DNA of 64,000 bases from Raillietiella orientalis (lineage: Eukaryota). A program made the position numbers and the translations under genes. This document shows, one piece after another, positions 37,326-50,600 of the stretch. The notes beneath the pieces are model-generated. The model worked only from the letters and a program-made list of their open reading frames with translations, had not been told where the DNA came from and searched no databases. Every line of letters starts with the position of its first letter. Position 1 is the stretch's first letter. Where the stretch lies: the NCBI GenBank assembly GCA_036172245.1, contig JAYWIR010000073.1, forward strand, positions 186,001 through 250,000, written 5' to 3'.

Positions 37326-40267
37326 ATGGACGCCAACTTGGACGCCATACTCGAGGAGATCAAGGCCTCGGAATTGAAGGTTCAGCGTCAAAAAAGGCTG
37401 CTTTTCGAAAGTGAGTACGGGATCTCGTATTTTCCCTTTCGTACGAATCGATTCTCTGGCACACACACACTCTTCCCATGCTTCAGGGAAAAAAGCCTTG
37501 TACCGTGTGGAGCTGCATTTTGTTTCCCCCCCCCCCCACCCATCTTGATGCTGCTTTATAAGTCTACAGAGCAAAAACACTCAAAAAGACATACGAATGT
37601 TTCAGGAATGCACTCAAAGCATTTTGTTGATCTTCGAGTTTTTTCGATTCCGTCGACATGTATGTCAGATGCACACAGTGGTGATGGGCTTTTGGATTCC
37701 GCTTTGCAGAAATTGCTTCTAGCTGACGCAAAGTGTCTCACTGATTTTCCTCTTGGGCAAAATTTAGAGTGGAGCTTTATCGAGTTGGTGAATTAAATAA
37801 GCGTCGAAAGGGAAAGCCAAGAGAGCGCATGTAGCAGGATCTGATTTTATTTGATCCATGTGGCTGTAGGAAGCTACGAAACGGCAAAATCACGGCGACG
37901 ATGACTCTTTTAGAATGTTAGAATCATGGAGTCACTCTTCTAAAGTTAAATTGGGTTGCTTAATTGACGTGGGTCGAATGTCTCCTTCGGAACTCCCTGC
38001 AGCGGCAGGCGGCGACTACCAAGGCACACGTGCGAAGAGGAACACTGTTGGGACACTGCTGCTTCTTCAAGAGCTCATTCGCTTCAATGAGGGGCCTTCG
38101 CAAATCTTTTACCAAGCTTGTTTATCATCCGAAGTCGATCAGAGAAACAAAGATTAGCAGGTAGAGATTAAGAAGAAGCACAAAGGAGATTGGAAACAGA
38201 GTGAATTCCTTATATCTTTGTTATGATGGTTTTGTTATGAAGAGCACCGTTACGGAAAGGATATAGAGGAGACACCAGTATTCTTTCTTTCCTTCCTTCC
38301 TTTAAAGAGAGAGAGAGAGAAAAAAGATCACTTCCTTGAATTCATCAGGAGCGTTTAACAGAGCAGCCACACTGTCCAAGTGGTTTGCTGCTTGTGCGCT
38401 CGAGAGGCGAAGATGAAGTCGCCGTCCAGCAGCTCAGTCTGCATCATCCCATCGCGTGGCCGCTGCTCACAGTGTAGAAAGCACGGAAACGGTACGCAAG
38501 CCGACTTCCGCAGCCATGATTGAGACGGCGAGTGATCTGAAGAGCTGCTCATCGTAACACGCCAGCAATTTGGAGCCTTCGGAAACTCTAGTGGTTGATT
38601 CATATCGCTTTTCCATTTCCGTCACACAGCGATGCTGACGAAAACCAGAAAAGAGTCTCTGTACTCGCCCTCTCTCTCTTTTTCCTATTTCACGTGACGT
38701 TATTGGTGGCGATGGTAGCAGTCGGCATGGAAATTGCAGCAGGAAGCAGCTAACGGGTGGCAGCAAGCAGGCAGGCAATGCGAAGTGCAGTGTGTCTACA
38801 CACGCGCCAGTGTACGTCGTTATAACAAGCGTGGGATGGGAAACTGATGGATCATGGAGTCGAAGAGAACCGAAAATGAAATACGATGGAGAACAGTCGG
38901 AGGAAGAGGGAGGCATAACTGGAAAGAAGAAACAGATTGAAACTGGAGCAAAAAAAAAATAACGAAACGTTGGCAAGGCGAATCGTCTTTGGTTCCAGAA
39001 TGAGCGACATCACCACCATTTGCTCCTTCGAAGGAGGAGTTCAGGACGCCAAAAGCACCGAAACGAATTTACCCATCCACTGATTAGCCAGCTGGATGCA
39101 TGGACCATACCACCATCACCTCCACCTTTACGAGATCCATCACTGCAGTACGTTTGTCGGCTTTCCAAGCAGAGAAAATACAAGACGCAAGAATTCATCT
39201 CTTGCAAATTTGTCTTCCAGATAGGAAACAGCTCAGAGCACTCGAGGAGGAAAACAAAAAGATGGAAGCTGACATACAAAATCTCCGGTCTAAGAAGAAA
39301 CATTTATTGCACTTGAAAGTTAAGAAAGACAGTCTGCTACTCAGCCTCCAGCGTCAGATTGCGTTCCTCAGAGAGCAGGAAGGAAAGCTAGAGGGCGAAG
39401 CATCCGACGCCGGGAGCAAAGTGGTGAGTTCCGCACGCGACGAGCGGTCCCTCTGCAAGGTGCGCACGGAAGCTGGAAAAACGAAGAAAGCTGTCCAAAG
39501 TGAGAGAAGCCTTTTGCGAGGCAGTTGAGGATTTCCGGGTCAGTGTTGAGCTCGGAGCCCCGCAGGCAAGCAGGAGGCTGGAAGCGGGGATCGGAAAACG
39601 AAGCCACGCGAAAGACGATTGTTCGTTCCGTCGCTTCCATCTCGGGAACCGAAGATCCTGTTTTCCTTTGCAGATGAGCGGGTGGGGAACGGATGCTGCG
39701 TGGAGATGGACGAAATGCGAGCCCTCGTCGAGGAGAAAGAGAAGCTGATGAAAGAACCTTCCGAGGGAGAAATCTACAAGCAGTCAGTTCAGTTCCTCCG
39801 TCTGCTCCTGCTTTCCGAGGTCACCGTTCCTAACGCAATGGTTGGCATCCATCGCACACGTGGTAGCAATAATAGGCAAACCGACACGAGCGCTTCCTGG
39901 ATTTCCTCTCTTGGCTTTCGGAGTTTTTCCTTGATGAGCGCGAAGGAGATCTCCCGTGACCCCGCTGGAAAACGGCAATCTCGTGGTGCTCCTATGGGCT
40001 TTTGTTGGGGGGACACCGCTGTTCGCGCTCTTCCGATTTGCGTTATTCCGACTTCTCGTTGTCTACCTGGCGATGACTTGGAAAAAAGTTTCTTTTTTTT
40101 TTTTTGCCTTCGGCCGACCTTGGGAGCCATGCACGTTTTGCTTTCCTTTCCTCTCCTGCGTTTTCTGCTTTTCCACACAACCTTTATCTGGCAATTTTAG
40201 ATACATGAAAGAGATCGAAGAGGTTGAGAACGACATAAGGGTGCTGCAGCACCTTGTGCACGCGTAG
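37326..40267 (+). CDS. Coiled-coil protein, CCDC172-like, ~203 aa, 5 exons
   Basis: Exons 37326-37410, 39221-39423, 39473-39620, 39674-39782 and 40201-40267 join GT-AG with compatible phases (612 nt). Peptide: MDANLDAILEEIKASELKVQRQKRLLFENRKQLRALEEENKKMEADIQ...VREAFCEAVEDF...LVEEKEKLMKEPSEGEIYKQYMKEIEEVENDIRVLQHLVHA*. Resemblance to CCDC172 is from memory. Exon 3 boundaries are the least certain. Confidence 0.7.
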
Positions 40268-41665
40268 CGACGGGCGTGGCCGAATTGGCGCCCTTGCCGC
40301 AGCCTCCTGTCAAGAAGCATGGCCGTGCACTCTCGCCAGACGAGGAGTGTCATTCTACGCTTGCAAGCGTGGAATGGATTTGCTCGGCGGTGGTTCCAGC
40401 TGGAGGGCTGCTCACTTTGCCGCTCAACATGCTTCCCATGTGCCTTTCTGGATCGCGAATACAAACGACGAATGCCATTTCTTCCGTCCTTTTCTGATCT
40501 TCTTTTGACTTTTCGTGAGCACCAACTTGAGAGACTGCAGCTGCACGGAGGGAATCCAGCAACACAAAGCAGCTTCGCCGAGAAACATCCGTTTCTTCGG
40601 CGAAGGTTCAGGAGAATCCAGGCTGCGCATGCGGACGGAGACGACGAACCTCCTTCCCGACATCCCGGCAACGCATGGTTCCCTACCGATGTCTCTGTTC
40701 CACAAGTAGGCGCGGACGAAGATGCGGATTCTCCGTCTGCAGGTTCTTTTCTGAGGGTTGGTACCGGAGAGGCGGGGCTGAGGAAGGCGGAACTCTGACC
40801 GATAAAGACGAGGAAACGGGGCGCTGGAGTCCTTAAAGAGATGGGGTCAAGAGCGAGGCCGCTGCTCTTAGACAAACTCGATGCTTCAGAAGGCCCCTGA
40901 GAACGGTGGCTGCAGACCGCTTGCATTTGCCTGAAGAAGAGCCGCACAGTGGTTGCGGCGGGCGCGGTTCCCTACCCACGAACAACTGTTTCGAACAAGG
41001 GAGGCACTGTGGCAACTGAAGTCTTTCATGACCAGGGACGATGCTTGGGTGGTCTGGCAAGCCCTGAACCAGGGCTATCCCGCCCGCACGATGTCCTCAA
41101 CGCATCCGACGACGCCGGCACATTCGGGATGATGCCGAAAAGTGACTCGTGATCACCTGATGAGAAGATGCATTTGCTCTCCAGGCGCCCATGGCACGGG
41201 GAGCGCCCCTGGAACGATGACGAAAGGGATTCGCGTGGTGGTGGTCTGTTTCCTCGGAAGCTCAAGAAGAGGTTTCAAAGGAAGCTTCCGAGCGCAAGTT
41301 CCTATGCCTCTTGGCCTCCTCGGTGCCGGATCCCGGCACTGAGGAGGAATCCGGCGGAAGGGGGAACCAAGAAATGTGTCACGTCGCGCGCACCGATTGG
41401 CTCGAGGAGCACGTCGCTGGTTCCTGATCCAGGGAAGGCGAGAATGGGTGTGTGGCGCAGTGCGTATTCTTGCAGCTTGTGGTCTTCCTCACGTGCCGAC
41501 CGCTGCCGGCTTTCGCGGTACTGTCCGGTCTCAGGATGGAGGCGGGATCGCGGAGGGATCGCTTTCTTAGAAGGCAGTTGCGACTCGAAAAATGATGCCA
41601 CGGTGAAGATTATTATTGTTGCTATTCAGAACTTTCCCGAGTCTAGCAGAGGCGCCGAAAACTCG

Positions 41666-44600
41666 TCAGAACTCGTCGTGGAAAGGATAGTAGGGATGTT
41701 TCTTGACCCTGAAATCACTTTAGGGGAGGCAAAGACCCCACCCACTGGCCTACTCGTTCATAGCGTAGTAGCGATGGTTCCGGTCCAGAGAGTCGAGGAG
41801 GTCCATGTCTTCCGGGGTGAGCTCGAGACTCTGCGACTCGAAATTCTCCCTCAACCGGGTAGCATTGGAGGATTTGGAAACCACTATGAGACCTCTCTGG
41901 AGCTGCAAGAAGGGGGATCACGGGAGCGCGCGGGACTCATCCGGGAATCTACCTGGTAGCTGAGGAGAACCTGACCGGCGCTCCTGCCCAGCCTCTTCGC
42001 TATGGAGGTGACCTTGTCATCCTTCAGTAAGTGGGGCTCATCAGGCCTGGCCCAAGGGTTTCCTGGAGAACCGAGCGGGCTGTAGGCGGACAAGCGGATG
42101 TTTCTTTGCTTGCAAAAATCCAACAGCTTCTTCTGATTGAGATACGGATGGCACTCGACCTGGAAGAGCGCAGCATTCGATTCCCTTTTTCGGCGAGCTA
42201 AGAATCGCCGAGCGACTTCGGGAGAACTCCTTTCGAGAGGGCGGGTCTGGGAGCGGGAAAGGAGGGCGGCAGCTCCCGCCTCGAGAGCTCTCCGGCTAGT
42301 CCTACCCGTTCTCTCGGAGGCGAGAGCGAAGCTCCCGAGTGGGGGCGCCCTCGGAGATTTCCGCCTGCTGCTCCAGCCCGCGAGCTGAGTCCCCCGCGCA
42401 TGCGCTTTAACGATCGTGTCTCAGAGCCGGGGTCGCCAGGGTCTCGGTGCGCAACGAGGGAAACACGGCCAAAGTGAAGAGGGAAGGGGAGAGGGGAAGG
42501 CCTCAGGAAGTGGGGGGAACCAAAATTCGCTGGTTCCATAGGCTCGAGCCGACTTTCCCGAAAATCCCTGACCAGGGATCGCCTCTGCTGGACTCTAGGG
42601 AGGCAAGGCGTAGAAGGCGGGGTAGTCGCCGGAACATGGAGCGGCTTTGCCGGGGGAGGGTCACGTCCCCGCCGACTCGGTGTTCGTGCCCTCTTGCTCC
42701 AGACGACTCCATCCTCCCCCACCCCCAACCCCAGTCGCCGCCGGTCTGGCTCCTTTGGAACCTTTCTCGGCCGCCGCATCGAAGCCCACCGTGGTCATCC
42801 ATGCCAGCAGCTGGCGAACCAAACCTGTCTCATTCATCTTTCGCCGACCTGTAAAGCATGGCTAGGGGAGAGGTGCCGCGAGGGGTCGACCGCAGCGGAC
42901 CAGAGACTCCTTTCCTGGGGAAGGAGAGGTTACCTTTATGAAATCCCATGGAAGGAACTCTTCCCGCTCTTCCTCTCCCCTCGGAGACTCAGGGAAGGGG
43001 GTCCTTAAGCCATCCGACTGATGAATCAGCCACAGAACAAAGAAGATCACTGGGCGGTTCTGTGGAGCAGCAGGGACGTGCATTTCTCCCCTTGCAGGGG
43101 ACAAAATCCAGAGCCCCAAACGATCGCCGAACTTTCGGCGTTTCCCATTCCCGCAGGAGAGCCCTCACTGATCCTCGCCACCGCCGCCAGGAGTCCTCGC
43201 TCCGCTCCTCGCCTGGCCGCCTTCGCGCGCCAACACCTGAAGACCAGAGCGTTGCCTCGTCTCTCCTTCTCATGCTGCTGCCCCGGCAGTCCCGTCCGCT
43301 TACAGGGCGGTCGCCAAGAGAGTGGAGCACCCTCTGGATGGAGACGGTGCATCCGATGCGGCGTGGGTCGCCCTCGAAGAGCTCCTCCAAACCCCAAGAA
43401 GTCGCGAGATGGGGAGAGCGCGCGCGCTCCGAACCCTCCGAAGGATGCTGTAGCAGACCGAGCGGTGTCACTCAGGGCGCCCAGTTGCCCCGGGAAGTTT
43501 CTAGGGGGCGAGGGAGCGCAAAGCAGTGAACCCTCTCCCCTCTCCCTTCCTTCCACCTGCCCTCATAGGCAGCAAATCGAACGGCTCGCCTCTTCCTGTT
43601 TGCCGACTTTCTCTCGAAGCCGGGGATCGAGGCGGTCGCGAGGCAACCGGGAAGAAACGACGTCCCTGTGGGAAACAGGTGTGTAGCAGACGGCAACCCA
43701 GTCTTCCTTCCCTCTCTTCTTTCCTACTTGGCGCGCCGCTCGCGAGATCGCTGTAGCAACGGACGACTTCCCCTCCCGAAGATGGCGTGGCTCCTCTAGT
43801 GCACGCCCTCGTCCCTCGGCGCGTCTCTCGCTAGCGCGGGGCGTGGACGCTCGCGCCTTTCCTTTTCCCGCTCTCCCCATTCCCCCCTCCCCGTGAAAGA
43901 CGCTGTGGGAACAGTAGCTTCCCTCTCCCGGCCGGGCCCGGGAACCACCACGAGCTCTCGCCGCCGTTCCCGAATCCGCGCTCGCTCCTTGAGGGAAGAG
44001 CGGAGGGCTGCGAAGCGCCGAGCCGCCTGCGCCCAGTCGCCCTCTTCCCTCCCCATTTGCCCCGCTCCATCCTTGCTCGATGGAACAGCTGGGAAGGATC
44101 CCGGATGAAGGAGAAGGACCGCGACGTCTGCGGCTCGGGCCCGTGGGGCACTTCCAGGGTGAAGTTCTGAGCAGAGGCCTAGGGAGAGGACCACGGAGGC
44201 TGGTCCTCCAGGAAGACTCGCGGGGGGATGGAAGCCAGCGGGGCGTGTTCCCTGGTCCGGCCCCTGACCGGAGGGCAGTGGTCGGGCGGCCCCCGGACTC
44301 TCTCCAAAGGAGGACCCTCCGAAGAGCTCGGCTGCATGGCCGCAGAGGCGTCCGGGAAGCGTACCTGACCGGGTCCTTCCTCCGAAGGGACGATGGGAGA
44401 GAGCGGCCCTCGATCCCGACCGCCGGAGGGGCCTCTTTCCCCCAGAGAGGACGGGAGGAGTGCCGGGAAAGGGCAGAGGCTCATAAGGGGAGTTCGCCCG
44501 GAGCGGTCCAGAGTCCTCCTCTTGAGGCGACGCATGCGGTCTCACCTGTCGGAGGGGAAGAGGGTGGAGGGAGAGCGGAGCGGGGTCTCCAGGGAAGAGG

Positions 44601-47600
44601 GACGCCCGCCCACCCCCCTCGCATCGCACGGGAGCAATCCGCAGGTTTCCTCCTCCTCATTCGCCGCCGCCGCGAGCACCCCCAGCCTCCCGCCCTCGGG
44701 CGACGCGGCGGGGAGGGGGGAGGGACACGTGCCTGATTTAGGACCGGGGGCATCTGGCTGGACGCCAGCAGCCTGTCTATCTGAGCGCTGTTAAAGTTGG
44801 ACACGCCGATGGACTTCACCAGGCCCCTCCGGCAGCACTCCTCCATGGCGGACCACGTCTCCAGAAAGTCCACGTCGCTCGGCAGGGCGTTGCCGTTCTC
44901 GTCGACGGGGAACAGGCTGCCTCCTTCCTGGAACGAGGAGGGAGAGAGGAGTTGCGGGAAACGGGAGAGGGGGGCGCGTGCGCGTGGGACGCGATGCAAC
45001 AGCAACAGCAGCGTGCGCGGCTTCCCGTCCTCGGGGCGGAGGGAGCAGCCCATGCGCGCGCTCGTTGCCGGGAAACGGCGTCCTTCGAAGAGGGGAAAGT
45101 CACGGAAAGGTTGGCTTCGCTCGGCATGCAGGGCGCCCTCTCCCTCAAAGGCGAGCGGTCGGTGACGCCTGTCCACGTCCAGCAGGAACGGGAAGGTGGC
45201 TTGGGAGAGCCGGTCAGTGGCTTCGCAACCCCCGGGACGATCGAAACCCCGAAAGAAGGAAATATAAAAATGAACGCGTGCGTTCTCGTTTTACATCTGT
45301 ATTTGTTCATATGTACTTTTCATTTTATATTATCTATATATATATTGAGATGTATAATAGGCATATATTTTTGTCTTTGTATGATATATTAAATCATACA
45401 TGAATATATATATTAAGCACATCTGTTTATTCTCTGTAATCTTTAATATCAACAATATAGTGAACAGTGACAAAATGTACGTCAATTCACTTAATAAATG
45501 GTACACGTCCCAATAATATTACTGTTAATAATACGCACGCTACTAGATATGAATGACCATGCATATTCAAATGAATATGCATATTAATCTACGCACGCGC
45601 TTCCTTTTCGTGGTCTTTTGGAATTTCGACATTCGGGCTTTTGACCGGAGCCGCCGGTCAACCCCTATCGGCCTCGTCCCTATTCGAAACATTGGCGGCA
45701 CCATAGGGGAAAGGTCTTCTCGCTCCGCCGGCGGCGGGGGCAGGGCTTCCGTGCCGCCGTGAAGAAGCCTTCCAGTCCTCCTCCCCTTCTTCCCCTTTGT
45801 CCATGCGCCGCCGCAAGCGGGCTGTTCCTCAAGTGGTTGAGAGGTGGTTGCGGCGGCAAGAGACGGGTTGGCGCCGCGCGTTGGAACCACGTAAGCGCGT
45901 CGAGCGAGCGTGGAGGTCCCCACGACTCCTCGTCTCCAGCTGCACCTTCGTCACGGAAGTGCCGGGCGGATCACGGGCAAATAAGGCGCCTCTCCGGCTC
46001 TTCCGGTGCAACCGCTGGGCAGCTCTCTTTTCCAGGTTGTCAGTAGCGGGGGTGGGACCAGAGGAAACCAGAAGGAAAAGCTTCTCCTGTTGCACAGCCA
46101 CCGCATCCGCGAAGCACGTCGCGAAACGGGAGGGAAGAGAAGGCGCCGGAATGTCCCGTGCAACCCTCGGAGGGATCAGCTGTTTTTCTCGGCCGATCCC
46201 GATCTGCAGGAGCGTCGCCTTTTCTTTTTTTTTATCCACAGCGCGTTTTCCTCGAGCCGGCCTCGACTCGAGCGCGATTGCTTTCCGGACAGCAAAGGTT
46301 CACCCGCCGCCCCCCCGAGGGCTGCCACGCTTTCCCCGCGCAACCGCAAGAAGCCGAATCCCAATTCGCATTCGGTGCTTGTGGCACCCCTGCCGGCGGC
46401 GGCGCCTGCGCGAACGCGCAACGTTCGAGCGGAAGGACGGAAGGTTCGTTTCTACGGCTGCGGCCGATGCGGAACGCGCGTCCGAGAGATTGCCGCACCG
46501 CGTGGGCAGACCGTGGGGCGGGCAACGCTTCCCGTGCTGCCGCGGGGGCAGTCGAGTGGGCTCAGCCGGCGCCGGGAATCCCGGAGGAGCCATTGGTGGG
46601 CCGGTCCGAGAACGGAGCAGGAAATCTTCGCAGCCGCATCCAGATTCCTCCGCGGGCTCCCGACCCGCCCCCCCCCCCATTCCGTTCCTTCCCGGATTGC
46701 GTCCGCCGACTGCCGCACGCGTTGCAAGGGCGGCTGGACCGGGGTCTTGCTGGGAAGGCGGCGACGTGGCAGCCGAGCGAGCTGTTTCGCTGGAAAGGGG
46801 TGTGGGGTTGACCCTGCGTTTGCAAGGAACGGCAAGGGGTGTCTGCGCGAAGTGCTCGACCGCGAAGCCAACCTTCCGTTTCGGGGACATCGGACTGCCA
46901 TCCATACCGACGAACACGATCACCTCTTCCTGGAGTTTCCAGGAACGCTTTGGCGCGTTTCTCTTGGACTGAACCCGCCAGCACAGGAGCAGCACAGAGG
47001 ATCCTCATATTCCGTCTCGGAGCAGAGTTTCTGGCACTCACTGAGGAAGTTTTCCGTTCTTTCACTGGGTTTCAACATGGCTGTTATTGTCGTGGGGGAT
47101 CAGAAACCCGTGACCTATTTCAGTACAGTGAACGTAGTACACGAATCCCGGCACATTTCCCGAAGATGCTTCTGAACTCCTAGCTCCGGCAAACGCCATC
47201 TTGCGCACGTGGCAGACCCCTTCACAGGAGCAGAGGTCACTCAGGGTGAACTTTGGTCGTTTCCTTTCCAATGTGTAAGGTGCTGGACTCCCAGTGTAAG
47301 CCTCGTAGCGGAAGGTCGATTCCCTTTTCAGAATAGTCAGGCGTACCCCGGAGCGCCCACGACTCCGCCCACGAGGAGGTATGTTTCTCGGAGTGACCGC
47401 CCGATGAGGTAGCCTCCCTGGACCCGGCAGCTGGTGCCAGCCTGGAACGTAATTGCTGAAGAACAAGAGTCCTCCAGAGATTGCGTTCTCAGGTGTTCGA
47501 GAAGCTGAATCTCCACCGCCGAGGATCCAGACCGGAAACCTGTGACGCGGCTCACCTGGAACCCCATGGGCCAGTGGATCAGGTAGAGATCCAGGTAGGA

Positions 47601-50600
47601 GAGGCGAAGTTTCTTCAGAGACTCTTCGAGAGAGCGGAACACCAGTGAGCGACTGTGAAAAGTGTTCCACACTTTGCTGGTGATGAACAGGTCTTCGCGC
47701 TGAACGGCGCCACTGCTTATTTGGTCCTCTAAGGCTGCGCCGATCTCCTCCTCGTTCTGGTAGAAGTACGCACAGTCAAAGTGCCTGTAGCCGATGCTGA
47801 TGGCCTGCTTGACCACTTCCTTGATTTCCCCCGGCTTTGCCTGGAAAACAAGTGAGATAAAAAAAACGGCCCGTCCCCGCGCTCCCAAATCGTGGGAGGC
47901 AAGCGAGACAGAGAGAAAGAGAGATCGCACGAGACGGTCTCTGTAGTGCTCCGGACCACGTCTTGGAGCGGTCCTCGCTCCACAGCGCGACTCTCTTCGA
48001 AAGGGAGTCTGCAAGCGCCGGCGAGGAGGGGGGGGGGAGGGCACGGTCACGGCTGGGAGCGGACCGCGGACTGGCCACGACGCATGCAGCGGTGCAGTGA
48101 TCGCCACGCGTTCCCTTCGCTTCGTGGGTTCCGCGAACCGCCTGACCCCGAGGTGCGACAGCAGCGAAGAGAAGATTCGCGATTGCGGCATTTCTGCAGG
48201 TTACCCGGAACGGGCAACCTCACGCGCGGCTCACCTCAAGCACCACATCAACTCGACCGTTACCATCATCAACATGAGATCCATAAGCATCCCCTAGCCA
48301 TTTAGGTTCTCACCACTGACATCCCGCTGATCTTAAGCTCCCCCATTCTAGAAGGGGAGGAGGAGGAAGAGGAGGAAGGGGAAAGAGGGAGGAGGAAGAG
48401 GAGGAAGGGGAAAGAGGGAGGAGGAAGAGGAGGAAGGGGAAAGAGGGAGGAGGAAGAGGAGGAAGGGGAAAGAGGGAGGAGGAAGAGGAGGAAGGGGAAA
48501 GAGGGAGGAGGAAGAATAGAAGAGGAGGAGCAAGCGTTGAAAGCCGGCAGAGCTACTCGATATGTTTTCTTACTCGATCGGAACGCTAAAACATCGTTCT
48601 TGGGCCTCACAGAAAGAGGGGAACCAGTCCTATTCCGCCGATTTATTGAACTCTTGGACCACCTTCCGATGTGGCTCACCTTCCGTTGTGGACGTTGGCG
48701 CCAGTGCGCGCAGGCATTCACGGAGCGAGGGCGGGGGTAGGTTAACCTAACCTACCTAGCCCACCTCATACACTTCACGTCTTTCCCTCGGCACCATGAA
48801 GAGAACGGAGGGGGTCCTCGAGAGGGTATGCTAGGGATTTGGTCTCCAAGAAAATGCGCCTCTCACGGGATCAGTGAAGCTCCGTTTGAAACGCACCACC
48901 TGCTCGCTCCGGCGCCACCAGTCGTCGCCTCCCAGCCACCGCAGAGATGTGGCCGAGAAGCTGTCGGTATTACTGCTCTTCTGCAAAGGCGCGCGAGAAA
49001 CTCGCGGGGGAGGCTCGCCGGGGATGAGGTGTTCACCTGGAAGCTGGGGCCGCTCGAAATTGCAGCTCCACAGGGCGACGAGCTTCGCACACGGGTCCCC
49101 GCCTCGGAGCGACCTGTGCGACCGGGTCGGAGGACGAGGAGGAAATTCTCAGGCGAGAGTTTTGGCAGCCCTGTGGGCGTACGGGAGCGAACGGCATCAC
49201 CTGAAAATCGGTCCTGAACTCGTGAAGATCATAAAAGGGCGGCCGGAATCGGTCCCTCTCCATAGCTGCTCGGCAGCTTCGTGCTAGAGAGGGAAGCAAC
49301 AAGTGCCTTCCGGGAGGTGCTCTGTCCTCGGAAACGGGAGAAAGAAGCAGGCCTTTCTCCGGATGAGAGATGGCTTGCGGGAGCGGGAGGGTGGGGCAAG
49401 AAACGTGACCTCCCGGAGAAGCAGCCTCTGGAAGCGCATTGGGTGGGAGGGATCCGTTCACGCGTCCAAGGAGAAGCGAGGAAAGGAGGAGGAGCAGGAA
49501 GGGAGGAAGAGGAAGGGAGTACGTAGGGAGGAGGAAGAGGAAGGGAGAAGGAGGACGCACTGAGAGCCTGCAGAGCAGCCTCTTGACAAGTTATTGTTAC
49601 TTTTTAACTAAAACTCTAAATTTTATTATAAAAATGTGGAAATAAAGCCAGCCTTCACCCGTAGGTGACGGCAGCGCCACCTCTTTGCACAGGTCAGCAT
49701 CATTTTTGCTGCCGTCATTCTCCGCAGGTGGGAATTCCTCCGGGAGAGACCACCGCGTGAAAGCCATGCGCTGCGATCGAGCAAGGCAGCCTCGCTCGCG
49801 AGCCGCGAGATGTCACCGGCTGCGAGGGCGGCGAAGCGCATCCCGCCTATCCATGTGCCCGTCCGGGCGGCAGAATTTCCGAGAGCCGTTCGCCCCATTC
49901 GGTGGTGGGACGCAGGCGATTCCCACTGTGCGCCGCGCCTCCTCGCCTCCGTAGGCTGCGTGATGAACGGCGGGGTTCGCTCCCCCGCTTCTCCCGCTCG
50001 CGTCCGGGATGCGGCGGGCTGGAGCCGTGACCTCGGCGTGGGGAGCCGCTCCGATCGGGAAGTTTGCGACACCCGAGCCCAAAGTCTCCTTGGCCGGCAA
50101 GAGACAAAGGGGCGTCCCCTTCTACGGACAGACCTCCCCGTGGTAGGAAAGGGAGCGACGAAGAGAGGCAGTGGGGACCTCCCGTTTCACTGCCGAGGGG
50201 AACCGTAGGAGGACGCACGTAGGGAGTTCGGACTCACTGCGCCTGCGCCGCCGTCACCTCGGGCGGCTTTCCCTTCCCCGACTACACGTGGATCTGCGTA
50301 GCACAGCCGCTCGCTCTCCGGAGATGAAATTCCTCTTCCCCTGTCCGTCTCCCGCTTTCGCAAGCGAAAGACAGCTCTGGGAAGCGGCGATCGGCTAGAA
50401 GCGGGAACCGTGGCGTCGCCGCGCACCCGGACCCATCCGCATGCAAGCCCGAGCGCACGGGGTCGCGGCTTCGTAGATCGGAAGGGCAGGTTGCCCTCGA
50501 GTCTCGGGAGCCACCATGGGGAAATCGCCTCCAGGACGGCCGGGCACGAAAGGGAGCCTTTCCATGGAGCAGGAGGCCCACTGCGACTCGGCTCAGCCGT

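Noticed and set aside
41168..41959. 263-aa plus-strand ORF
   Set aside because: Antisense to AKR paralog A exons 5-6 and its 3' UTR.
48360..48515. CRISPR-like array (29-bp repeats)
   Set aside because: No spacers, low complexity and a eukaryotic context.
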